Source: Candidatus Cloacimonadales bacterium
GTDB taxonomy: Bacteria > Cloacimonadota > Cloacimonadia > Cloacimonadales > DAONDQ01
Assembly: GCA_963662275.1 (NCBI GenBank)
Contig: OY759316.1
Coordinates: 4,314,785-4,378,784, forward strand
DNA length: 64,000 bases
Reading direction: 5' to 3'
The notes beneath the pieces were generated by a model. That model had not been told where the DNA came from, did no database searches, and was given only the letters and a program-made list of their open reading frames with translations. The translations under genes were made by a program, and so were the position numbers. This document shows, piece by piece, positions 38,897-47,739 of this stretch (position 1 is its first letter; every line of letters starts with the position of its first letter).

Positions 38897-41729
38897 GGTT
38901 CATCTCTCTCACTATCTTCATCGTTTCCACACTCACAGTGGTAACACGAAGAATCAAATCAATTACCTTGTCTTTATAATCTGCAAACTTATAAGTATTG
39001 AAGAGCTTGGCAATGGTTGGGTCTTTGGGTTTCTTCTCTTTGTATTGATCTAAAATCCATTCCAGGGCACTGCGGTTTCCCAGTTTGTATTCCCAGGCTT
39101 TTTTCGGAATGCCGGAGATGGAAGTTAATTCATCCAGTTCGATGGTACCAGTCAGTTTATCGGCTTTTAGTTTGGGTTTTACAGAACAACCGGCTAAACC
39201 CGGATCTACAGAAGAAACTTTCAATGGGTATGGTTCAACGGTCTCGAATCCAATATGCAATTCCATTAATGATTTGCCCCATTCTGCCCATTGCCGGAAA
39301 TCTTCATAGAAGGGAATGCGTGGCAGACTGCGTTTCAGGTTCTGCTCATATTTTACACGATAGGCAGGATCATGAAGCAGCGCATACACATAATGAAAGA
39401 TGTCTTCCTTGCACATTTGATCATCTTCATAATGGCTCTTAAATTCATTCAACGCCCAATCGGTGATATTATCAAAGCGATTGCCATCCTTGTCGTATTG
39501 ATATAACGGCAAACATTGGGAATCTCCTGTAAAATGCAAATCCATATAAGTATCTGTAGCTAAATATGATAAAGACTTTACTGAAATACTAATTGCTTGA
39601 TTAGGAAAGTTAAATAACTGTGAAGTTAAGCCATGTTCATCAATATAAAGTGCTGAATTATAAATAAAAGGTTTATAAAATGGGCGATAGTTTATAGGTA
39701 TTGCTCTACTAGCCAACAAAACTTCTTTGTATTGCTTTTTGAATCTTGCCTTCAAGTTACGAGACCATTTTATAGAATCGTTCGGTTCTTTAGTGTGAAT
39801 GTATTGATAAATAAAGAATTTCATCTTTGCAAGCAAATTCTCTTTCGATATATCTGTAACCCATTCATCTCTATTTGTTGATACACCTGTGGAGTATAAT
39901 TTGAATATTGCTTGGTTACTTTTTCCTGTTTTAATCTGTTTATCTGCAACAAGAATAAAATCATCCCATTTACTCACATTCTGATTAATCCAAGTATTGT
40001 CTTTATCTGGTTGAATATGTTCAAAGTTTAGATCTTTGAATGGATTCTGCACTAAGTAATCTAACTTTTCGTCTGATTTGGCATAATCCTTGATTTCATT
40101 ATAATAAGCATTGAATCCAATTTCTTCTTTGTTTTTTATCAAAAAATAAATAGCAATTCCAACTTTAATTTGATCATGGAAGATATTGCCACCCTCTTGT
40201 CTTCTTCTTTCACCGCTATTTCTTGCATTTCCCTTCAAATTAATTATATATAGATGGTTAAATTCATCTTTCACTACTTTACGAAATCCATCGAATGTCT
40301 TGCTATCAATAAATGAGTTATTTGATACAAAAGCGATAATTCCGTTTTCGTCTATTCTATCGCTAGCCCATCTCAAAAACCTAGAATACATGTCATACAG
40401 CTTTGTCTTCTGGGCAGTGCTGTGTTTGATATAGGTATCCTTTATCCGCTTATCTATTTCAGGATATTCACGATTCTTATTGTTTTCATTTTCATTCATC
40501 TGGTTGGCATTATAGGGAGGATTGCCGATGATGACCGATATCTTCTTCTCATTCTGCTTGCGGATACGGGATGTATTTTCATCTGAAACACTGAACACTT
40601 CATATTGTTTATCTTCATATTCAAAATCCATATTATCCAAAGTATCGACAAAACAGAGATTCTTGAATTCCTCATATTGACCGGTCTTTTGCTTATAGAT
40701 AAATTCAATATTTAGGTTGGCAATGTAATAAGGCAGAATCTCAACTTCATTAGCATGCAGTTCATTCCTATACTTATCCTGGATTCGGTTCTTGCTAATG
40801 TAATCTATGATATCACAAATGAAAGTACCTGTTCCAGTTGCCGGATCGAGAATATCCACATTTTTGTCTTCAAGCTGTTTTCCGAAATGCTTACCAAGTA
40901 AGTAATCAGTACTCTCTATCATAAAACGGACAATCTCATTGGGAGTATAAATAACTCCGAGTCTATCCGCTTTCTTGGGATCATAGCTCTTGTAAAAGGT
41001 CTCATAGACTATCTTAAGGAACTTCTGCTTTTCGTGATGATCCGCTATCTGGGCAGCCCTGGCATTGATTGTATCATAATAATGCTTGATTCCGGCTAAT
41101 GTTCTATTCCTGATATCTTTGGTAAAGAAGGTTTCCACAAGTCCATTCAGTTCTTTGGCAATATTGTTTTCCCGATGGAAGTTAGGCTCATCAAAGATAG
41201 TATTGAAGATATCTGCTGTTAAAATATGCTGGATGACCATTTCCCTAATGTCTTCCTTGGAAATGCTTGGATTGATGACTTCTTTGCACAATTCAAGGAA
41301 AGCTTTCATGGCTTTGATGTATTTCTTGTTCTGTTCTGCATCCGTCTCAATCATTTGCCGTAAAGCTTCGGTTACTTTGGGAATATCATTCTTGAAGAGC
41401 TCTATTGCTTTGCGGAATTCTGCTACTTCGGGACGCTGGAAATTGATAAATGTCTTTAATACAGTATCCAAGGCAATTTCATCATGCATCCGTATTCGAG
41501 CGATTTGAACACCATCCTGGTATAGCACGGCTTCCCTGCTGTCCTCAAACAGGATATTATCGTTGGGATAGCCTTTTTCAAATTTCTTGGCTATTTCCAC
41601 ATCCAGATCATCGGATTCATCCTTGCTTTCCCAATATCCCCAATCCTGGCGAAGAATATCTTTCAACGTACCATCCGGATTGACGAGTTTGCCTTTCCAA
41701 TTCCCGATAATAATTATGGATAGCATCAA
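38877..41729 (-). CDS. Type IIG/ISP-like restriction-modification protein (nuclease + N6-adenine MTase + target recognition domain); 5' end probably damaged
   Basis: PDG...ESK nuclease motif, GVIYTP, ILDPATGTGTF, IIGNPPY, ISP-type C-terminus YKLGNRSALEWILDQY; no helicase motifs seen. Confidence 0.8.
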   Translation of the reverse strand: MMLSIIIIGNWKGKLVNPDGTLKDILRQDWGYWESKDESDDLDVEIAKKFEKGYPNDNILFEDSREAVLYQDGVQIARIRMHDEIALDTVLKTFINFQRPEVAEFRKAIELFKNDIPKVTEALRQMIETDAEQNKKYIKAMKAFLELCKEVINPSISKEDIREMVIQHILTADIFNTIFDEPNFHRENNIAKELNGLVETFFTKDIRNRTLAGIKHYYDTINARAAQIADHHEKQKFLKIVYETFYKSYDPKKADRLGVIYTPNEIVRFMIESTDYLLGKHFGKQLEDKNVDILDPATGTGTFICDIIDYISKNRIQDKYRNELHANEVEILPYYIANLNIEFIYKQKTGQYEEFKNLCFVDTLDNMDFEYEDKQYEVFSVSDENTSRIRKQNEKKISVIIGNPPYNANQMNENENNKNREYPEIDKRIKDTYIKHSTAQKTKLYDMYSRFLRWASDRIDENGIIAFVSNNSFIDSKTFDGFRKVVKDEFNHLYIINLKGNARNSGERRRQEGGNIFHDQIKVGIAIYFLIKNKEEIGFNAYYNEIKDYAKSDEKLDYLVQNPFKDLNFEHIQPDKDNTWINQNVSKWDDFILVADKQIKTGKSNQAIFKLYSTGVSTNRDEWVTDISKENLLAKMKFFIYQYIHTKEPNDSIKWSRNLKARFKKQYKEVLLASRAIPINYRPFYKPFIYNSALYIDEHGLTSQLFNFPNQAISISVKSLSYLATDTYMDLHFTGDSQCLPLYQYDKDGNRFDNITDWALNEFKSHYEDDQMCKEDIFHYVYALLHDPAYRVKYEQNLKRSLPRIPFYEDFRQWAEWGKSLMELHIGFETVEPYPLKVSSVDPGLAGCSVKPKLKADKLTGTIELDELTSISGIPKKAWEYKLGNRSALEWILDQYKEKKPKDPTIAKLFNTYKFADYKDKVIDLILRVTTVSVETMKIVREMNRRGLRE

Positions 41730-41808
41730 AACTCATAAGAACATCCCTTATTCGTAATATGTTTTTATTAAATGTTTGTTAATATTGGTCAAGGAAAAAC
41801 GTAAATTC

Positions 41809-41883
41809 GTAGGGGTTTGCGGGAGTAAACCCATCCCCGTATTAATACACTCCATTCAAGGGTTTACTGCCGCAAACCCCTAC
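41809..41883. repeat. REPIN (GTAG-REP inverted pair)
   Basis: 41809-41832 and inverted 41860-41883. Confidence 0.9.
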
Positions 41884-41902
41884 GACCCAATTGTGTATAA
41901 TA

Positions 41903-42631
41903 CTACCACATAAACATTTTGTTGTTTTCCCAGTTATCGAGAATCAGATTCAGACAATCGAGAATTGAGACGTTCTTCCACCCCATATTAGGAACATTAT
42001 ATTTTTCAGGAAGATCGATGTTCTTTAACCCGTCTCGAAAATCTGTAACTTCCCTCTTTGATGCCAAAAATTCCAGGTAGACTAATTTCCCCTCGAACGT
42101 ACACCCAGCGATATAGACAGGGATATCATCAAAAATCTCATATTCAATCATTCCCTGTCGTTTATTATTATCTAGATAGGATGGTTTTGTCATGAACTGC
42201 GTTACATAACCTATAAATAAATACATAGTTCTCAGGTTATTACGTACAGCGGTCAAACTCTCGAAATAAGTTGAATGACTATCCAATCTCATCTTATGGA
42301 TTTCATCATCATGCGCAATCATATACTCGATAATTTCAAGTATTGTTACATCTGCCAGATTGAAAACAGGTATATGAAATCTCCCGGTAATTGGATTTAT
42401 CCTCAGCTTTTGAGCAAATTCTTCAAGCTCATATTTGACATAGAATATCCGAAAGAATTCAAGTTCTCCCTGAGCATTGTAACCAAAGTCAAAGGCAGGA
42501 AGATATTCCGGCTTATCATGTGAGCCAATCCCAAGTTCAATGACATCCTTGTCAGTTAAACGTCGTTTCGTAGTGCTGAATTGTGTGAAGTAATTGTGTG
42601 ATACGTACAGTTCTTTCATAATTATTACCAT
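41903..42631 (-). CDS. Hypothetical protein with internal domain duplication
   Basis: 242-aa ORF; two similar halves (G.L.F..........F...L......F.IP......V.IL). Confidence 0.6.
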   Translation of the reverse strand: MVIIMKELYVSHNYFTQFSTTKRRLTDKDVIELGIGSHDKPEYLPAFDFGYNAQGELEFFRIFYVKYELEEFAQKLRINPITGRFHIPVFNLADVTILEIIEYMIAHDDEIHKMRLDSHSTYFESLTAVRNNLRTMYLFIGYVTQFMTKPSYLDNNKRQGMIEYEIFDDIPVYIAGCTFEGKLVYLEFLASKREVTDFRDGLKNIDLPEKYNVPNMGWKNVSILDCLNLILDNWENNKMFMW

Positions 42632-42826
42632 TTGTGGTTAGAGGTTGAGATTTGTACAAGGGAGGAGTTGATAGCAGTTATATTCATGCTATATGAAAGG
42701 GTGCGCACCTCCTTTGCTGTTGAGGTCGAAAATGCATAAGTTATTATTTCGTTGTGTAGTAAATATCATCATGATTGAAAAGAATTTCATGCAAGGTTAT
42801 CAGTCAAGAGAAAACGTGTGTCATAA

Positions 42827-42927
42827 GATTGTATCTTGTTTCCCCCGATGGTTTGCAACCTCGGGGTCTGCTGATGAGTTGTAGGGTTTCAAACCCAACA
42901 ACAAAACAATTAAAAAAATTATGTTAC
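42827..42927. repeat. Dispersed double-hairpin element, copy 2
   Basis: Homologous to 11965-12064. Confidence 0.75.
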
Positions 42928-42935
42928 ATTGCATC

Positions 42936-43011
42936 GTAGGGGTTTGCGGAAGTAAACCCATCCTGTATTCATACACACTCCAATCAAGGGTTTACTCCCG
43001 CAAACCCCTAC
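42936..43011. repeat. REPIN (GTAG-REP inverted pair)
   Basis: 42936-42959 and inverted 42988-43011. Confidence 0.9.
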
Positions 43012-43063
43012 TTTTTTTCGGACTTCGAACCTCGCACTTCGCACTTTCTTTTTGAGCTGGGTT

Positions 43064-43104
43064 TCATCTAGGCATCATCTAGGGATCATCTAGGGATCAT
43101 CTAG
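43064..43104. repeat. 11-bp tandem repeat (TCATCTAGGGA) x4
   Basis: TCATCTAG at 43064, 43075, 43086 and 43097. Confidence 0.7.
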
Positions 43105-43319
43105 ACTTTTTTAGATTTTCCTTAGGTTTTCATTATTTCTTGTTTCTTTTCTGTTTTCTTTGTCTTCCATGTGGCTCATATGTATCCCTTCTCTGCTCTG
43201 AACCTGTTTACTGTACGCTGCACGGTGTCACCTTCTGCCATATAGGAGGGAGCATTTCAAAATATTTAAGAATTGGCAGAGAAGAGCCGTAACAAAGACT
43301 TCAGTCGTTGCTACGAATG

Positions 43320-43939
43320 TTACGGTCTTAGCTTCAATTCCTGGTAATCAAACAGCTTGTCCTCAAGATATACCTGTTTCGTAAATTCTGCCAATTTCTC
43401 ATTCTTCAGCAGATTTGACCAAGTCCCATTGGTCATCATTAATACTATTTCATCTTCAATATCCTGTGGGAATCTCTTCCTGCTACGATTCATATAGGTA
43501 ATTTTCTCTGTAAGCCAGTTCAGGTAGAGGTTGTTACTAATTTTCAGACGTCTGGTGTCCATACCTCTCCAGCTATACAGTTGAAGCATATGATTCATGA
43601 GTATGACTAATTCATAGTATTTGGGAAATAAACCGTGATACAGATAATGAGGTGCCAATAATGAAATACCGGCTCCTGTAAATGTTTTGTAGAAAGCAGG
43701 ATACAAGTGACTATGATATTGATCACCAATTCTGCCTGAAGGTCTGTTTTCAGAATAGAGATTTGTATAGGATTGAATAAATTGAGGATAATGCTTCTGT
43801 AGGATGGCAAGGAAGCCATCCTTCTGCCTACCGGGACGGAGAGTCAATTCCCCAGGAACCACAAAATCAACTTCCAGTTCTTTCATTTTTATTGCTAAAC
43901 TGTGAATGAATTCAGGTGTATCTGAGATATAGGGAAGTA
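43320..43939 (-). pseudogene. Radical SAM protein, C-terminal fragment (IS-interrupted)
   Basis: LLPYISD...LTLRPGRQK continues the 45833-46396 fragment across the IS. Confidence 0.8.
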
Positions 43940-45832
43940 GGAGATGTCCCGAAACTAAATGATAGAAAAATAGCAACTATTAAATATTAATCATATTACT
44001 TGACATATTGTTATAGGGTGTATTGTTGCCTTTAAAAACTAAGCATAGAGAGAATTATGAATTTCAGAGAGCACAATCCGAATCAGGGGACACTCTATGG
44101 ACTTAATATTGAAGAGAGAATACCTCCCCAGCACATGGTTCGTTATGTTAACGATGTCGTTGAGCAACTGGACTTATCTGAGCTATACACAAGATACTCT
44201 GATGAAGGTACACCTGCTTATCATCCCAAGATGATGTTGAAGATCATTGTGTATGCCTATATCAATGGTATTTATACCTGTCGGAAGATAGCTAAGGCTG
44301 TTCGGGAGAACATCAATTTTATCTGGCTGGCAGGAGAACAGGAACCTGATTTCAGAACGATCAACACCTTTGCCTGGACTAAGTGTTCTGATATTCTTAT
44401 TGATGTATTTTATCAGGTAGTACTGAAAGCATCATCATTAGGATATCTTGATCTCGACACCTGTTTTGTTGACGGGACGACGATTCACGCAAATGCCGGC
44501 AAGAATTCCTACATCTGGAAAAGCAATGCGCTTCGTTATCAGGAACTGGTCAAGACACGAGTTGAGGGATTGTTTAAAAAGATCGAGGAATATAATCAGG
44601 AAGAGCAACAGCAATATGGAACCGCTGATCTTCTTGAGCTTGGTGAGCAATTGCATGCGGTTGAATCAGAGAAAACTGCTACAGTCGCATCTGAACAGAT
44701 CAGAGATAGACTGGTCTCAGCAGAAAACAAGCTGAAAGAAGCAATGTCCCGACTACAGAAAAATCATCCGTCAGATACTCGGGCTATCAAGAAAATCAAA
44801 TCTCTTTTGCGCGAAATCTCCAAATCAAAGAGCAATGATATAACTAAGCTGGAGAAATATGAGCAACAGCTTGAGATAATTGGAGAAGGACGCAGCAGCA
44901 CATCCAAGACTGATAATGATGCCACATTTATGCGATTGAAAAATGGACAGCTGGCACCGGGTTATGTTGCCAGTATCGGAACTTCAGAGCAATTTGTCAC
45001 AGGCATTCACTTATTCAATATCCCTAAAGAAACCGTTGAATTTCCCAATCTCATGGAGCAAATGCATGATGAATTGGGACAATATCCTACCGACGTTGTT
45101 GGAGATGCTGCCTATGGCACTGCGCTGAATTTGAATTATGCTGCTGAAAAAGAGATAACAAGCTATCTCAAGACCCAGGATTATAAGAGAGATTATCGGG
45201 ACTCTCTTCTGACAGGCTTCAGCTATGATGAGGAGCATGATGAGTGGGTCTGTCAATTTAATCGGAGACTGGTCAAAATCAAGGAAGAAGAGACAGAGAA
45301 GAACGGTCCGAAACGAATCGTGAAAACCTATATATGTAATGACTGCAGAGAATGTCCTCACAATAAAAAGTGTATTCCCTACAAGGATAAAACTCATAAA
45401 TCACTGACCTACGATCCTCATATAGCTCCACTAAAACGTCAGACAGTCAATAATCTGCTTTCTGAAAAAGGCGACAAGCTGAGAAAGCAAAGAGGCATCG
45501 AACCGGAGGCTGTATTTGCTTTCATGAAGTGGAACAGGAAGTTTGAGAGATTTACTGTCCGTTCATTGAGAAAATGCAAGGAACAGTTATCCCTCCTCTT
45601 TTTAGGACATAATATAGGGAAAATGTTTCTGCACTTACAAAATACTGAAGGAAAAGCCTGATGAAGACTCTTCCTACCAGAATTCAAACATGAATTAGGT
45701 AAATATTACTCCGTTTTTCCTTGTCTTTGCATCGCTTTTCGGAAACTATTGAGTAATTTAGTTTGCCTGTAAAAACAATCACATATTTTACAACAGAAGA
45801 AAATAAAATCATGCTAGTTTCGGGACATCTCC
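43940..45832 (+). mobile_element. IS1182-family insertion sequence
   Basis: 18-bp terminal IR GGAGATGTCCCGAAACTA / TAGTTTCGGGACATCTCC; no TSD visible. Confidence 0.88.
44057..45661 (+). CDS. IS1182-family transposase
   Basis: GTPAYHPKMMLKIIVYAY, PDFRTI, FVDGTTIHANA, SKTDNDATFMR, DAAY, R...EPEAVFAFMK. Confidence 0.92.
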   Translation: MNFREHNPNQGTLYGLNIEERIPPQHMVRYVNDVVEQLDLSELYTRYSDEGTPAYHPKMMLKIIVYAYINGIYTCRKIAKAVRENINFIWLAGEQEPDFRTINTFAWTKCSDILIDVFYQVVLKASSLGYLDLDTCFVDGTTIHANAGKNSYIWKSNALRYQELVKTRVEGLFKKIEEYNQEEQQQYGTADLLELGEQLHAVESEKTATVASEQIRDRLVSAENKLKEAMSRLQKNHPSDTRAIKKIKSLLREISKSKSNDITKLEKYEQQLEIIGEGRSSTSKTDNDATFMRLKNGQLAPGYVASIGTSEQFVTGIHLFNIPKETVEFPNLMEQMHDELGQYPTDVVGDAAYGTALNLNYAAEKEITSYLKTQDYKRDYRDSLLTGFSYDEEHDEWVCQFNRRLVKIKEEETEKNGPKRIVKTYICNDCRECPHNKKCIPYKDKTHKSLTYDPHIAPLKRQTVNNLLSEKGDKLRKQRGIEPEAVFAFMKWNRKFERFTVRSLRKCKEQLSLLFLGHNIGKMFLHLQNTEGKA

Positions 45833-46396
45833 GACTCCCGTGGGAATTCCTCTTTCCTTAAACGCCTTTAACGTGGAAAACCGTTCTTCCATGGAACTTG
45901 CACCGGGTTCAAAGATTTGTCTATGCTTATCATCCAGGAAAGTGATTGTCATGAGAAGACAGAAACCGTTCTTTTTATGAACCTGCTTCCAAATGTCGAT
46001 ATCACGCATAATGAGACTGGATTTCGTTAATACGCTAGCTGGGAAATCAGACTGAAGAATGACTTCAGCACATTTCTTCATAAGCAATTCCGTCTTTTCC
46101 ACAGGCTGATATGGATCACTTACACCTGATGCAAAATGCACAACCCCTCTTTCCTTCAAATGGGATAATTCCATTCTCAGCAAATCAGGAAGATTCCTGC
46201 GAATGATGATATCCTGTTCAAAGTCACCTTCCACATAATACTTTTCCGCCCTGCCATCACAATAGGAGCAGGCATGTTCACAGGCACGATAAGGCGATGT
46301 GGCATATTTGCTAATAAAAAACGGATCTACAAGCGGATGCTTCTTCAGCGCTTTCTTCATGTCCTGGTTTTGAAAGTGCGGTTCAGGCATTATCAT
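45833..46396 (-). pseudogene. Radical SAM protein (SPL/Rv2578c-like), N-terminal fragment
   Basis: PYRACEHACSYC (CxxxCxxC), SDPYQP.E, LTKS..I.RD, FEPGAS; cut by the IS after GIPTGV. Confidence 0.85.
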
Positions 46397-46447
46397 TTTA
46401 TCCTTTGAAGCAGTTTATCCAATGACAGAAGCCATTGTTACAATGCG

Positions 46448-47650
46448 CTATTTCAATAAAATCATTTTTTTAATCCTGCTCTGATTTCCCGAGTCGATTC
46501 TTACGAAATACATTCCTGAACCTACAGGTTTATCTTTAATATCTTTCCCATTCCAACTAATCTTATGTTGACCGAGTTGCATATCTTCATCTACTAATTG
46601 TTTAACTTTCTGACCTCTGATATTGTAGATGGATAGATTCACATGAGAATTGTTCGGGATACTGAAACTGATAGTGGTAGAAGGATTGAACGGATTGGGG
46701 AAATTGCTTACCTGCAAAGCTGGATTTCCAGCCAAAGGGTCGGTATTGGCTGTGATATTGGACCAGGTGAAGAAAAGCTGCTGCCAATTCGTCCAATTTG
46801 TGCCATCCCAATTCTGGTCGAGTCCATAAATCCGATTGCCATTTTCATCATAAGTATCAAGTATATGCTGGGTAATCAGCCAATCACCGGTATCCGGATC
46901 ATAATTGTACTGATTGAGGACAGAAATCTGACCGGGAGTACCATAGGTATAAATCCATTTCCAGGCATTTATCCATGCTGTATTTTGCCATTCTTCATGC
47001 AAAATTTCCGTGGGATAGATGCCATCATACGTAGTGGTTTCCCGATAGTTTAATTGCCAGGAATTAACTATCCAATTTTGAAGCGTAATCATAATCTGTG
47101 TGGGTGTATAGCTATAAATAGACTGTAAATCATCAACCCAACCATTTTCTGTTGCCATTTGCGTAAGTTGGTTTTCCACTTTACCGTCTGCATTATAAGT
47201 CATGGTTACCTGAGTAAAATCTGACCAGCCTGCAGTTCCATGATACTGAGTCAGGATTCGGGTATTAAGACCATTGACATAGGTATAGATTGTACGTGAG
47301 GCTGGCGACCATGTTCCGCTTTCATACGTATCTTTATCAATTGTCTGCAATTGGTTTTCAGCATTATACACGTATGTACTCCTCATGTTTGGAGTCCAAT
47401 CAGTACCTGAATACATCCTATAAGTTGTTATAATGCTATAGCTGCCATGTGTATCATAAAGATATGTGGTGCGCTCGAAATTTTGCCAGTCCGTGTGGTA
47501 GTATTGGTGAATGGTTTCGGTGTTTTTCCAGGTTCGCAAATTATCCTGTGGAAACATGTTTGGCAGATCAGAGCATTTGATAGCCGGATTTAAGGCAATA
47601 AGGGAAAATATTAAAACAAGAAATAGAGAAATACAAACAACGTTTTTCAT
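46448..47650 (-). CDS. Secreted protein with Tyr/Trp-rich beta repeats and FlgD/Por-type CTD
   Basis: Signal; repeated 'W......YTY...G' units; NFPNPFNPST...YNIRGQKVK. Confidence 0.75.
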   Translation of the reverse strand: MKNVVCISLFLVLIFSLIALNPAIKCSDLPNMFPQDNLRTWKNTETIHQYYHTDWQNFERTTYLYDTHGSYSIITTYRMYSGTDWTPNMRSTYVYNAENQLQTIDKDTYESGTWSPASRTIYTYVNGLNTRILTQYHGTAGWSDFTQVTMTYNADGKVENQLTQMATENGWVDDLQSIYSYTPTQIMITLQNWIVNSWQLNYRETTTYDGIYPTEILHEEWQNTAWINAWKWIYTYGTPGQISVLNQYNYDPDTGDWLITQHILDTYDENGNRIYGLDQNWDGTNWTNWQQLFFTWSNITANTDPLAGNPALQVSNFPNPFNPSTTISFSIPNNSHVNLSIYNIRGQKVKQLVDEDMQLGQHKISWNGKDIKDKPVGSGMYFVRIDSGNQSRIKKMILLK

Positions 47651-47739
47651 GAAACCTCCATTTATTCACAACATAATAATTAAGCAGATATTACGCAGTC
47701 AAGATAGATTTCGGATAATTTAGGATGTATAGCTTTTTT

